A stretch of 64,000 nt of DNA from NCBI GenBank assembly GCA_045592405.1, contig JAZNUR010000097.1, positions 7,220 through 71,219 on the forward strand, in the 5' to 3' direction. The DNA comes from Oscillospiraceae bacterium (lineage in GTDB: Bacteria > Bacillota > Clostridia > Oscillospirales > Ruminococcaceae). A program made the translations under genes and the position numbers. Under the pieces are notes generated by a model that was given only the letters and a program-made list of their open reading frames with translations, was not told where the DNA came from and ran no database searches. Numbering within the stretch: the first letter of the stretch is position 1; each line of letters begins with the position of its first letter. Below, one piece after another: positions 36,318-45,247 of this stretch.

Positions 36318-36329
36318 ATAATATGATGA

Positions 36330-38690
36330 CTATTTTTCAAAGAACAGCTTTTTCATTGCTGCAAGATCATATGCGTCAATGTGGTCATCTTCGCACAAAT
36401 CACCGTTCTCCCATGCTGTTAGGTCACCGGCATTGAGCAGGTAACGCTGCATCATGATAATATCGGTAATTGTGAATTCACCATCATCATTCACATCGCC
36501 CTTTACAGTTTCCGGTACTGCTGCTTCTTCCTTTTCGACCAAAGACAGCAGATAAGTCAAAGGAGAGTTCCAATAGATGGTGATCTCATTTGTGGAGTAA
36601 CTCTCAGAGTGATCCACAAAGCACTTTGCGGGAGGAGTGTTTGCCAGATATGCCTTTGCAGCACTATCTTCCAAACTGGAGTTAACACCGCCTACCAGCA
36701 TACCGCCCATTGCCTTGCCAACTGCCATGGAAGGTCTGTGATGCGGATTCTCCGGAGATACGGTACCAAAACCTGTTACATAGCACACAGCATTCGGATT
36801 CTTACCAAGGAGGTAGTTCAGCTGTGCAGCAGCAGCAGTTTTGTAGTTCTCATCACCGGTCAGATCATAAGCAAGAGCAAGAATGATACCGGAATTTGCT
36901 ACTGTCATATTACTTCCCCAATTAAACTTGGAAATAGCCACGCCATACGGGCTGCTCTTGGAAGTTTTTACAAACTTGTCAGCCTGAGAAAGCACATTGC
37001 TCTTTGCGGTTGCATAGGCACTTGAGGATTTATCAATGCCATCCATTGTCAGAAGTGCAATGTTTCCATAGTCGCCTACCAATGCCCAGTCCAGACCTTC
37101 CTTTGTGGACATACCGCCAAGGTTTGTCAAATAGGTCAGGTAGCTTTCTTCACCGGTAGCACGGTACATCTGTGCTGCTGCCCAGTAACGTTCGTCACGG
37201 TCAGAGGTATCTTCATAAGAACCGGTGGTAACTTCCTCCGGATTTTTGAAGATAATATTCGGATTTGCTTCAAGGAACTTCCATGCATTTTTTGCTGCTG
37301 TCAGGCAGGTGTTTGCAAAATTCGCATCAATTTCCTTGTAGAACTCATATGCCAGTGCCATGGATGCACAGAAATCTGCTGTTGCAGTCGTGGAAATCGG
37401 AGTTACGATCAATGCACCTGTTTCCTTTTCGGGCATGATATAACCCGGGAAATTTGCACAGGACACCTTATGATATACACCGCCGGAAGATGCCTGCATC
37501 TTCAGCATCCACTCCAGCTCATAACGTGTTTCGTCGAGAATATCAGGAATACCGTTTCCGCTTTCGGGGATTCCAAGATTATCGCCATAAAGCTCCGGAT
37601 TCTCCTCATATGCATAGAGCAGGTCTGCTACGGATTTTGCAGCAGGTACGATATATCTGCCATAGTCACCTGCGTCATGCCATCCGCCGTTTACATCAAT
37701 TGTCTGATTTGTTCCGAGAATGGTTGCCTTAGAAGTGTGGCAGGCTGCATGACCGAATTCTGCATCCTTCACCTCGCAGCCGCATCTCTGGAGGTACAGC
37801 ATCTTGACAGAATCATCAAGGAGCTTTTGGTACACATCATCTGCGATTGTGAAGGTGTAGGAGTTATCTAAACCATCACAGGAAATGTAGTAAGTACCGG
37901 GCGTGGTAACAGAAGAAAAGTCACCCAGGAAATTGGTTTCACCGGCACTTGAATTCTGGGTTTCACCATAAAGTTCACCCTTATGTACCACTGCTTTGGT
38001 TTCCGCATTGATTACGGAGAATTCCTTTGCGTTTTTAACCTCACGGAATGTTGCGATCTTCTCGTCCTCTGTCTTATAGCCCACCTGATTGGTCATAATA
38101 TTGGGGGCATAAGGCATGGATGAACTGTAATTTACGTTGCTGTCATCAATCAGCTCCAGAACCACATTATCCAGATAAATCGTATGTGCCGGAAGTTCCT
38201 GTTTCTGATTGCCGCAGTTGAACACGAGCTTTGCCATAACATCTGTTTCAGCTTCCATCGTGAATGTGTAATCCACCTTCTGCGGTGATGTTGTCAGGTC
38301 AAGACCTTTCCAGGTGTATGCCTGATATGTGCCACCATTCTGCTGAATCATTCCCTCAACAAAACGAGGCGTACTGCAGGAAATTTCATAGCTCAGACGA
38401 TATACACCGTTCTGGTAGAGCGGTACGATATCGTAGTACATCTGAACTGCATACGTTACAGTTCCAAGGCTGTTGACTTTTAATGCAAGACGGCCGTTTT
38501 CTGTAGAAAGCGAGCAATTTCCGCCGCTTTCCTTATAGGTTCCCCATCCTGATGTTCCGCCGTCAAACGTGCTGTTGCTGATCATGTTTTGTGCTGCACT
38601 TACCGACACTGTCCCCTCTGACAGCGGAAGCAGCGACATTGTCATAGCACAGACCACGGATAATGCGAGTGCTTTACATTTTGCTTTCAT
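36330..38690 (-). CDS. Cellulosomal GH9 endoglucanase: signal peptide, CBM4/9, Ig-like module, GH9, C-terminal dockerin
   Basis: GGWHDAGDYGRY is a GH9 motif. An N-terminal CBM4_9-like module is followed by a CelD-N Ig-like module. The C-terminal dockerin reads GDVNDDGEFTITD...ENGDLCEDDHIDAYD. The ATG at 38690 follows AGAGGAGG; the track start at 38849 lacks a signal peptide. Confidence 0.9.
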   Translation of the reverse strand: MKAKCKALALSVVCAMTMSLLPLSEGTVSVSAAQNMISNSTFDGGTSGWGTYKESGGNCSLSTENGRLALKVNSLGTVTYAVQMYYDIVPLYQNGVYRLSYEISCSTPRFVEGMIQQNGGTYQAYTWKGLDLTTSPQKVDYTFTMEAETDVMAKLVFNCGNQKQELPAHTIYLDNVVLELIDDSNVNYSSSMPYAPNIMTNQVGYKTEDEKIATFREVKNAKEFSVINAETKAVVHKGELYGETQNSSAGETNFLGDFSSVTTPGTYYISCDGLDNSYTFTIADDVYQKLLDDSVKMLYLQRCGCEVKDAEFGHAACHTSKATILGTNQTIDVNGGWHDAGDYGRYIVPAAKSVADLLYAYEENPELYGDNLGIPESGNGIPDILDETRYELEWMLKMQASSGGVYHKVSCANFPGYIMPEKETGALIVTPISTTATADFCASMALAYEFYKEIDANFANTCLTAAKNAWKFLEANPNIIFKNPEEVTTGSYEDTSDRDERYWAAAQMYRATGEESYLTYLTNLGGMSTKEGLDWALVGDYGNIALLTMDGIDKSSSAYATAKSNVLSQADKFVKTSKSSPYGVAISKFNWGSNMTVANSGIILALAYDLTGDENYKTAAAAQLNYLLGKNPNAVCYVTGFGTVSPENPHHRPSMAVGKAMGGMLVGGVNSSLEDSAAKAYLANTPPAKCFVDHSESYSTNEITIYWNSPLTYLLSLVEKEEAAVPETVKGDVNDDGEFTITDIIMMQRYLLNAGDLTAWENGDLCEDDHIDAYDLAAMKKLFFEK

Positions 38691-38905
38691 TATATTCCTC
38701 CTCTTTAGGCTTGCAGTCTGCTCCGCAGAAAATTCCACTTCATGCCCAATGGATATCTGCGGTGCATTTGAATGTGTGAAAACAACTTCTGACCAAATTG
38801 TTTTCATGGATGTCATACAAATGCACGACATCGCTTTGTATGCATTCATATTTACATTATACAGTATTCGTAAATAAAACTCGTTAATTTTTTGTATACT
38901 TTATA

Positions 38906-39346
38906 TTACAAAAATATTTTTTCATACATTTTTGCAAAAATATTACCTTCCATCATGTAGACAGCAGGAATCGGGATCCTCATGCCATCGGTAAAGATTA
39001 AAAGCTGTTCATATTCATCCACCCTCCTTACACAGCCGCAGACTGTTTCATACAAACCGCCTGCCTTTCGTTCATCGGGAATGAAGTATGTGACGGTAAT
39101 CATGGGATGTTCTGCAATATGTTCCATTAAAATCTGCATACGCTCGTCGAGTTCCGCACAGGCATCCTCCGTCAGCACACGTTGATGATCGGTCAGTCTT
39201 GCGGTTTCCGAGACGGCAGAATCATATCCCGTGAGTGCGGCAAACGGTGCAAACTGTGCTGCACGTCCCATACGGGACATATGCGGTCGTTTCATGGAAA
39301 CATGATGTGGTTTGGTGATAATATCATTGTATTGTGCTGCAAGCAT
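38906..39346 (-). CDS. YolD-like protein
   Basis: The MSRMGRAAQFAPFAALTGYD motif is typical of the YolD family. It lies directly downstream of a Y-family polymerase gene, as with B. subtilis uvrX-yolD and yqjW-yqjX. Confidence 0.7.
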   Translation of the reverse strand: MLAAQYNDIITKPHHVSMKRPHMSRMGRAAQFAPFAALTGYDSAVSETARLTDHQRVLTEDACAELDERMQILMEHIAEHPMITVTYFIPDERKAGGLYETVCGCVRRVDEYEQLLIFTDGMRIPIPAVYMMEGNIFAKMYEKIFL

Positions 39347-39377
39347 GGTGTTCCCTCCTACTCTCCAATTTTATCGT

Positions 39378-40883
39378 TTACGCTCTGTGCCCTCCGACCT
39401 GTCCGTTTCTCTCGATCGTTGTTGCACCATCCATAAAGTTCATCCCCTTGAGAATGGCATTCTTCCCATATTTCTTCTTGATCTGCAGTAAGGCTTTCTG
39501 CATTTCCTTCTCTTTGGCAAGCCGATCCGTTTCTGCCTCCTGCTGCTGTACGAGTGTTTCATAATCCGTAAAAAAATCCAGCTGTACATCCGTTTCCGTC
39601 ACAGTGCTTTCCAAAGCAATGTGATTTGCCACCACATACATCCGCCGCACGGTAAGACTTCTGTCTACAATACGGTCATACAGTTCCAGTACCTTATCGG
39701 TAATCAGCTTCGTAGAGGATGTCTGTTTTCCGAGATTGATGGAACCATGTGCAGATTTTGGAACTTTTCTGCCATAATGGTCAGTGGTGATTGTTCCCCG
39801 ATACAGCCGCAGTTTTTCGGGATCTGCCAGATTATCAATGTCGTAACCCACTGTCAGCACCATCTGATCGGTAACAAGTCCCTTATCCACCAGATCCAGC
39901 ACCAGCAGATCCGTCATTTCCTGCACGATCAGTCTTGCCTTTGTGAAATCATAGGGGCACTGCAGCACCTGTCCCGAACTAAGGCTTTGATTCTCAGGTC
40001 TGTATGCCTTGATATCCGCTATGGTACAGTTCTCCCATCCCCATGCGTGATCAATCAGCAGCTCTGCATTGACACCGAACATCCGATACAGCAAATCCTC
40101 ATGGTACAGCGAACAGCGGGCAATATCTCCCATCGTATAGATTCCCTTTGCCTGCAGCTTTCGTGCATACCCGTTTCCGATTCTCCAGAAATCCGTCAAC
40201 GGACGATGCTCCCAAAGCTTGCGACGATAGGACATTTCATCCAGCTGTGCAATACGGACGCCGTTTTCATCCGCAGGCATCTTCTTTGCCACGATATCCA
40301 TAGCAATCTTACAAAGATACAGATTTGTGCCAATACCGGCAGTCGCCGTAATTCCTGTTTCATGCAGAACGTCGAGGATCATTTTCCTCGCAAGCTCCTG
40401 TGCCGTCATTCCATAGGTTTTCAGGTAAGCACTTGCATCTATGAACACTTCATCAACGGAATACACATGAATATCCTCCGGAGCAATGTACCGAAGATAT
40501 ATTTGGTAGATCTGCGTGCTCACTTCCATATAACGTGCCATCTGCGGCGGTGCTACGATATAATCAAGGGCAAGCGACGGATTACTCTGCAAAGTTGGAG
40601 CATCGGTGGAGCTTCCGGCAAAAGTGTGCTGCGGTGCATTCCATCTTCGCTGTGCATTGACTACTTCCACCCGTTCCATCACTTCAAACAATCTCGCCCG
40701 ACCGCCGATGCCGTAGGATTTCAGCGAGGGAGAAACCGCAAGACATATGGTCTTTTCAGTGCGTCCGGAATCTGCAACAACAAGATTGGTCGTCAATGGA
40801 TCAAGACCACGTTCTACGCATTCCACAGAGGCATAAAAGGATTTTAAATCAATGGCAATGTATGCATATTCTTCCCTTTTCAT
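39378..40883 (-). CDS. Y-family (UmuC/DinB-like) translesion DNA polymerase
   Basis: IAIDLKSFYASVECVERGLDP N-terminus, with palm/finger/little-finger organisation. The ATG at 40883 follows GGAGGGAA. Confidence 0.9.
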   Translation of the reverse strand: MKREEYAYIAIDLKSFYASVECVERGLDPLTTNLVVADSGRTEKTICLAVSPSLKSYGIGGRARLFEVMERVEVVNAQRRWNAPQHTFAGSSTDAPTLQSNPSLALDYIVAPPQMARYMEVSTQIYQIYLRYIAPEDIHVYSVDEVFIDASAYLKTYGMTAQELARKMILDVLHETGITATAGIGTNLYLCKIAMDIVAKKMPADENGVRIAQLDEMSYRRKLWEHRPLTDFWRIGNGYARKLQAKGIYTMGDIARCSLYHEDLLYRMFGVNAELLIDHAWGWENCTIADIKAYRPENQSLSSGQVLQCPYDFTKARLIVQEMTDLLVLDLVDKGLVTDQMVLTVGYDIDNLADPEKLRLYRGTITTDHYGRKVPKSAHGSINLGKQTSSTKLITDKVLELYDRIVDRSLTVRRMYVVANHIALESTVTETDVQLDFFTDYETLVQQQEAETDRLAKEKEMQKALLQIKKKYGKNAILKGMNFMDGATTIERNGQVGGHRA

Positions 40884-40900
40884 GACGTTCCCTCCAAAAC

Positions 40901-40914
40901 CGAAAATTTGTTCT
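40901..40914. promoter_or_regulatory. Candidate LexA (Cheo-type) box
   Basis: The minus strand reads AGAACAAATTTTCG, versus the consensus CGAACnnnnGTTCG (GAAC-N4-TTTC, one half-site mismatch). It lies 6 nt downstream of the -10 element. Confidence 0.45.
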
Positions 40915-40920
40915 GTTTTT

Positions 40921-40949
40921 ATTATAACACAGAAAATCAAAAAAATCAA
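40921..40949 (-). promoter_or_regulatory. Sigma-A-type promoter for the polymerase-yolD operon
   Basis: Minus strand has TTGATT, a 17-nt spacer, then TGtTATAAT. Confidence 0.5.
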
Positions 40950-41098
40950 GGGGGAATTTCAGGAAAATCAGAAACGAACAGATTTGTCAATTTACCACAG
41001 TCTGTACAAAAGAACCCCCGTGCAGAATCGTTACAATTCCGCATGGGGGCTGTGTATCCATAGAAATATCATCCTTGCGATAGGGAGTGTCGCTTACA

Positions 41099-41413
41099 TC
41101 AGCTGCAAATGCCATCTTCGATGATTTCTTCCGTTATCTCCTTTTCAAACTTATGTGTCACGGTTCCGTCACGCAATATGAGAACGGTTGGCAGTACCGT
41201 TACGCCGAAACGTTCAGCGAGTTCTCCGTCCGTATCCACATTGATAGAATAGGCGGAAATATACGCCTCATACCGATCGGAAAGCACATCAAGCTTGGGT
41301 TCAAGTGCACGGCATGGTGCACACCACGGGGCGTAAAAATCAAGAAGAACGATCTTTCGGAAGCTCTCATCCAGTAGTTCCTCCATATGTGAAGCAGTTG
41401 TGTGGAACAACAC
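41099..41413 (-). CDS. trxA: Thioredoxin (WCAPC active site)
   Basis: The active site reads FYAPWCAPCR. Start is uncertain: the GTG at 41413 has RBS AGAGGG 6 nt upstream, and the ATG at 41386 is the alternative. The track start at 41542 lies upstream of the predicted promoters. Confidence 0.75.
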   Translation of the reverse strand: MLFHTTASHMEELLDESFRKIVLLDFYAPWCAPCRALEPKLDVLSDRYEAYISAYSINVDTDGELAERFGVTVLPTVLILRDGTVTHKFEKEITEEIIEDGICS

Positions 41414-41446
41414 ATGATTCCCTCTTTTCTTACTGTATTTGTAATT

Positions 41447-41475
41447 AGTATAACACAAACTATTGTATGCGTCAA
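41447..41475 (-). promoter_or_regulatory. Sigma-A-type promoter for trxA
   Basis: Minus strand has TTGACG, a 17-nt spacer, then TGtTATACT. Confidence 0.45.
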
Positions 41476-41490
41476 GGGATGTAAAAACAT

Positions 41491-41519
41491 TTGACAAGCT
41501 GCAGCTTTTGTGGTATAAT
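41491..41519 (+). promoter_or_regulatory. Sigma-A-type promoter of the que operon
   Basis: TTGACA, a 17-nt spacer, then TGgTATAAT. Confidence 0.6.
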
Positions 41520-41531
41520 AAATAGGCAGAA

Positions 41532-41572
41532 AGACAGTTCACGGCTTATACCTGTCTTAAAAGAAAACCGTG
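41532..41572 (+). promoter_or_regulatory. preQ1-I riboswitch aptamer (candidate)
   Basis: AGACAG-UUC-ACGGC-UUAUAC-CUGUCU-UAAAAGAAAA-CCGUG. P1 is AGACAG/CUGUCU and L1 is UUC, as in the B. subtilis queC element. An A-rich tail is followed by CCGUG, which can pair with the loop CACGG to form the P2 pseudoknot. Confidence 0.65.
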
Positions 41573-41573
41573 C

Positions 41574-41607
41574 ACTGTGTTCTGCCTGTCAGTACACAGT
41601 TTTTTTA
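41574..41607 (+). terminator. Expression-platform terminator of the preQ1 leader
   Basis: ACTGTGT-N13-ACACAGT followed by a T7 run, immediately 3' of the aptamer and 29 nt before the queD ATG. Confidence 0.6.
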
Positions 41608-41635
41608 TGCGATTTTGGCTTTGGAGGAATATAAG

Positions 41636-42055
41636 ATGTATACATTAACCACAACTGCAGCCTTTGACAGTGCACATTTTTTGCACGGCTATGACGGCAA
41701 ATGTGCCAATATCCACGGTCACCGCTGGACGCTGCAGGTTACCATCGCCAGCGATTCCCTGCAAAATGGCGGTCAGCAGGATGGCATGGTGATAGATTTC
41801 AGCGATCTGAAGAAACAGGTTCGCAGTCTTGCGGATGCGTGGGATCATGCACTGATCTATCAGGAGAATTCCCTGAAAACTGCGACAGTTGCCGCACTGC
41901 AGGAGGAAAATTTCCATATGATTGCTGTGCCATTCCGCCCGACAGCGGAGCATATGGCAAAGTTCTTTTTTGAGGAACTGAAAAGTAAGGGCGTACCTGT
42001 AAAGAATGTTTTGGTGTATGAAACACCCGAAAACTGTGCGGGTTATGAGGAGTGA
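41636..42055 (+). CDS. queD: 6-carboxy-5,6,7,8-tetrahydropterin synthase
   Basis: CANIHGHRW motif. 139 aa. RBS GGAGGAA. Confidence 0.9.
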   Translation: MYTLTTTAAFDSAHFLHGYDGKCANIHGHRWTLQVTIASDSLQNGGQQDGMVIDFSDLKKQVRSLADAWDHALIYQENSLKTATVAALQEENFHMIAVPFRPTAEHMAKFFFEELKSKGVPVKNVLVYETPENCAGYEE

Positions 42056-42059
42056 GGAA

Positions 42060-42725
42060 ATGGCGAAATTTAAGATTGCGGAACACTTTGTCAGCATCAA
42101 CGGAGAAGCGGCACACGCCGGCGAACTTGCTGTATTCATACGATTTGTCGGATGCAATCTCAATTGCAGTTATTGTGACACCGCATGGGCGAACAAAGCG
42201 GGAACACCCTTTACTACATATACCACCGAGGAACTCTGTGATTATGTGAAAGAAAGCGGTGTGCACAATGTCACTCTGACGGGCGGAGAACCGCTTTTGC
42301 AGTCCGAATTATCACAACTGCTTGCCGCATTGCATCGCTTGGGTGTAAGAACTGAAATCGAAACCAACGGCAGTCTTCCGATTGCGGAGTATGCAAAAGC
42401 AGCATACCGACCATCCTTCACGCTGGATTATAAATGTCCTTCCAGTGGAATGGAATCTGAGATGGATGTAAGCAATTACCTCTATCTCACAGATAGGGAT
42501 TGTGTGAAATTTGTGGTGGGCTGCAGCAATGATCTGGAGTGTGCAAGGAAAATAATTGATACCTACCATCTTGCGGAACGCTGCCGTGTTTATTTCAGTC
42601 CCGTATTTGGAAAAATTGATCCGAAAGACATTGTGGAATTCATGCAGAAATACACCATGAACGGTGTGCGGCTGCAGCTGCAGCTGCATAAATTTATCTG
42701 GGATCCACAAGAAAGAGGTGTGTAA
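42060..42725 (+). CDS. queE: 7-carboxy-7-deazaguanine synthase (radical SAM)
   Basis: The radical-SAM cluster motif is CNLNCSYC, and LTGGEPLL is also present. Confidence 0.9.
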   Translation: MAKFKIAEHFVSINGEAAHAGELAVFIRFVGCNLNCSYCDTAWANKAGTPFTTYTTEELCDYVKESGVHNVTLTGGEPLLQSELSQLLAALHRLGVRTEIETNGSLPIAEYAKAAYRPSFTLDYKCPSSGMESEMDVSNYLYLTDRDCVKFVVGCSNDLECARKIIDTYHLAERCRVYFSPVFGKIDPKDIVEFMQKYTMNGVRLQLQLHKFIWDPQERGV

Positions 42726-42726
42726 T

Positions 42727-43302
42727 ATGGCGATTGATCAGGAGAAGCTTGCCTTTCATATCAGAGGCATTCTTGAAGCGATCGGAGAAGATCCAAAGCG
42801 GGAAGGTTTACTGGAAACTCCTGAACGGACTGCAAGAATGTATGCAGAAATGCTGGAAGGCTGCAATTATACAAATGCAGAAATTGCCGAAATGTTCGGA
42901 AAAACCTTTACGCAGACAGCCGGCACACAACAGGATATCGTTGTTATGCGGGACATTGAAATATTCAGTTTCTGCGAACATCACATGGCTTTAATGTATG
43001 ACATGAAGGTGACTGTCGCCTATATCCCCAACGGCAAGGTCATTGGATTGAGTAAAATGGCACGCATTGCAGAAATGGCTGCAAAACGTCTGCAGCTGCA
43101 GGAACGCATCGGTTCCGACATTGCCGAAATCATGCAGATGGCAACGGGAAGCGAAGATGTAGCGGTATTCATTCGCGGCAAACATAGCTGCATGACGGCA
43201 AGGGGCATCAAGAATACACCTGCTGTCACGGATACGCAGACGCTTCGGGGAAAATTTGCAGCGGATGCATCCCTTCTGCAGAGAGTGGGGATTTTGCATT
43301 GA
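42727..43302 (+). CDS. folE: GTP cyclohydrolase I
   Basis: [12 protein letters not shown] and FCEHHM motifs. Confidence 0.9.
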   Translation: MAIDQEKLAFHIRGILEAIGEDPKREGLLETPERTARMYAEMLEGCNYTNAEIAEMFGKTFTQTAGTQQDIVVMRDIEIFSFCEHHMALMYDMKVTVAYIPNGKVIGLSKMARIAEMAAKRLQLQERIGSDIAEIMQMATGSEDVAVFIRGKHSCMTARGIKNTPAVTDTQTLRGKFAADASLLQRVGILH

Positions 43303-43976
43303 GGGAAATAGAACTGCTATTGACAAAGCCCCGTGAATCCTATTTTGTAACGGGAATGATGATGTGTACGGCGGGATTTCTGGAAGCCTATACCTATATT
43401 TTAAAAGGCGGTGTATTTGCCAATGCCCAGACAGGTAATATGGCACTTCTTGCGTTGGCGGCAGCGGATGGTGACTTGCTGCGTGCAATTTTCTGCATTA
43501 TTCCTATTGTTTCCTACATTATAGGTATCTGGCTGACATTGTGTATGCCCAAACGGCTGCAAAAAGGAATCCGTCGGGAAACGATATTTGTTCTGGCGGA
43601 GATACTGATTTTTACAGCAATCGGATTTCTTCCGTCAAGTGTCCCCTTTGCGGTTTCTACCATTGCGGTATCATTCATCTGTGCCATGCAGTACAATACT
43701 TTTACCAATGCACACGGAATCCCCATGGCAACAACATTCTGTACCAATAATCTGCGGCAGGCAGTTATTAATTTCTATCATGCGATCCATCAATCAGATG
43801 CGGACGCCAATCGTAAGGCGTGGTTCTTTGTGAGGCATTTGACCTGTTTTCTCATAGGCGGTATCGCTGGTGGTTTCCTGTGCAAATGGCTTACCGAACG
43901 TGCTATTTGGGTGAATGCGGCTGCATTGATTCCGGTAGCCGGTGTGATGATCTGGGCGGACCTGAAAAATAAGTGA
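43299..43976 (+). CDS. YoaK/DUF1275-family membrane protein
   Basis: N-terminal [23 protein letters not shown] is typical of DUF1275. About 6 TM segments. 4-nt overlap with the folE stop. Confidence 0.7.
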   Translation: MREIELLLTKPRESYFVTGMMMCTAGFLEAYTYILKGGVFANAQTGNMALLALAAADGDLLRAIFCIIPIVSYIIGIWLTLCMPKRLQKGIRRETIFVLAEILIFTAIGFLPSSVPFAVSTIAVSFICAMQYNTFTNAHGIPMATTFCTNNLRQAVINFYHAIHQSDADANRKAWFFVRHLTCFLIGGIAGGFLCKWLTERAIWVNAAALIPVAGVMIWADLKNK

Positions 43977-44008
43977 GCAGAATTATTTGAAAATCAAAGG
44001 AGAATTAC

Positions 44009-44695
44009 ATGAAAAAAGCTTTAGTGTTAGCAAGCGGCGGTGTGGACAGTACCACTTGTCTTGCTCTTGCAATAAAAGAATATGGGAAGGAAAACGTTGT
44101 TGCTTTGTCGATGTACTATGGACAGAAGCATAGCAAAGAACTGGAAGCTGCAAGAGCGATTGCTGCGTATTATGATGTAGCATATAAAGAGCTGGATTTA
44201 TCCCTGATATTTTCAGATTCCAAATGCTCATTGCTGTCGCATTCCGATGAAGAAATTCCCACGGATAGTTATGCTGAACAGCTCTCAAAATCGGATGGTA
44301 AACCCGTTTCTACCTATGTTCCATTCCGAAATGGACTCTTTCTTGCCTCTGCGGCAAGTATCGCATTGTCAAACGACTGCACTGAAATTTACTACGGTGC
44401 ACACAGTGACGATGCGGCAGGCAGTGCCTATCCGGACTGCAGTGAAACATTCAATATGGCGATGTCCGCTGCAATTTTCGAAGGAAGCGGACAGTGTCTG
44501 CGGGTGCACGCTCCCTTTGTGAGCATGACAAAGTCAGAAGTTGTGAAAACAGGATTGGAACTCCATGCTCCATATCATCTGACATGGAGCTGCTATGAGG
44601 GCAAGGACAAGCCGTGCGGAAAGTGCGGAACCTGCATTGACCGTGCAAGAGCCTTTGCAGAAAACGGTGTGTTCGACCCAATTATCAATGAATAA
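44009..44695 (+). CDS. queC: 7-cyano-7-deazaguanine synthase
   Basis: LASGGVDSTTC PP-loop and a C-terminal Zn cysteine cluster CGKCGTC. Confidence 0.9.
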   Translation: MKKALVLASGGVDSTTCLALAIKEYGKENVVALSMYYGQKHSKELEAARAIAAYYDVAYKELDLSLIFSDSKCSLLSHSDEEIPTDSYAEQLSKSDGKPVSTYVPFRNGLFLASAASIALSNDCTEIYYGAHSDDAAGSAYPDCSETFNMAMSAAIFEGSGQCLRVHAPFVSMTKSEVVKTGLELHAPYHLTWSCYEGKDKPCGKCGTCIDRARAFAENGVFDPIINE

Positions 44696-44707
44696 AGGAG
44701 AATCATT

Positions 44708-45202
44708 ATGAGCCGCAACAAAGAAGAAATGCAGAATATTACTCTGCTCGGAAACCAGAATGTAAAGTACGCACAGAATTATGCACCTGAAGTTTTGGAA
44801 ACTTTTGATAACAAGCATCCCGACAGAGATTATTTTGTAAAATTCAATTGCCCCGAATTCACAAGTCTGTGCCCGATCACGGGACAGCCGGATTTTGCAA
44901 CCATCTATATTTCCTATGTTCCGGATATCAAGATGGTGGAGAGCAAATCGCTCAAGCTCTATCTGTTCAGCTTCCGCAATCACGGCGATTTTCATGAGGA
45001 CTGCGTGAACATTATCATGAACGATCTGATCCGACTGATGGATCCGAAATACATTGAAGTCTGGGGAAAATTTCTCCCCCGTGGCGGTATTTCCATTGAT
45101 CCGTACTGCAATTACGGCAGAAAAGGTACAGTCTGGGAACAAGTGGCATTCGATCGCCTTGCCAAGCACGATATGTATCCCGAAATGATCAACAACCGAT
45201 AA
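44708..45202 (+). CDS. queF: NADPH-dependent 7-cyano-7-deazaguanine reductase
   Basis: [14 protein letters not shown] catalytic-Cys motif. 164 aa (unimodular type). Confidence 0.9.
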   Translation: MSRNKEEMQNITLLGNQNVKYAQNYAPEVLETFDNKHPDRDYFVKFNCPEFTSLCPITGQPDFATIYISYVPDIKMVESKSLKLYLFSFRNHGDFHEDCVNIIMNDLIRLMDPKYIEVWGKFLPRGGISIDPYCNYGRKGTVWEQVAFDRLAKHDMYPEMINNR

Positions 45203-45207
45203 AACGA

Positions 45208-45243
45208 ACGGCTCACCATAAAAATTGGTGAGCCGTTTTATTT
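45208..45243. terminator. Terminator between queF(+) and the S1 gene(-)
   Basis: AACGGCTCACCA-N6-TGGTGAGCCGTT followed by TTATTTAT. Confidence 0.7.
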
Positions 45244-45247
45244 ATCT

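Noticed and set aside
38691-38849. N-terminal extensions proposed by the ORF track. This GH9 case is one example. Others are dnaE 6637-6675, GH3 22473-22595, KAP 33408-33497, MBOAT 57299-57385, trxA 41414-41542, queD 41570-41635 and the polymerase 40884-40949.
   Set aside because: The extensions lack an RBS, overlap predicted promoters, riboswitches or upstream genes, and in secreted proteins would bury the signal peptide. Internal starts with good RBS and homologue-like N-termini were preferred.
38888-38914. AT-only hairpin overlapping the yolD stop codon
   Set aside because: It is pure A/T pairing in an AT-rich spacer with no U-tract context. It is too weak to call as a terminator.
39621-40847. 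408-aa plus-strand ORF opposite the Y-family polymerase gene
   Set aside because: The minus-strand protein has clear Y-family motifs, an RBS and a promoter. The plus-strand product has none.
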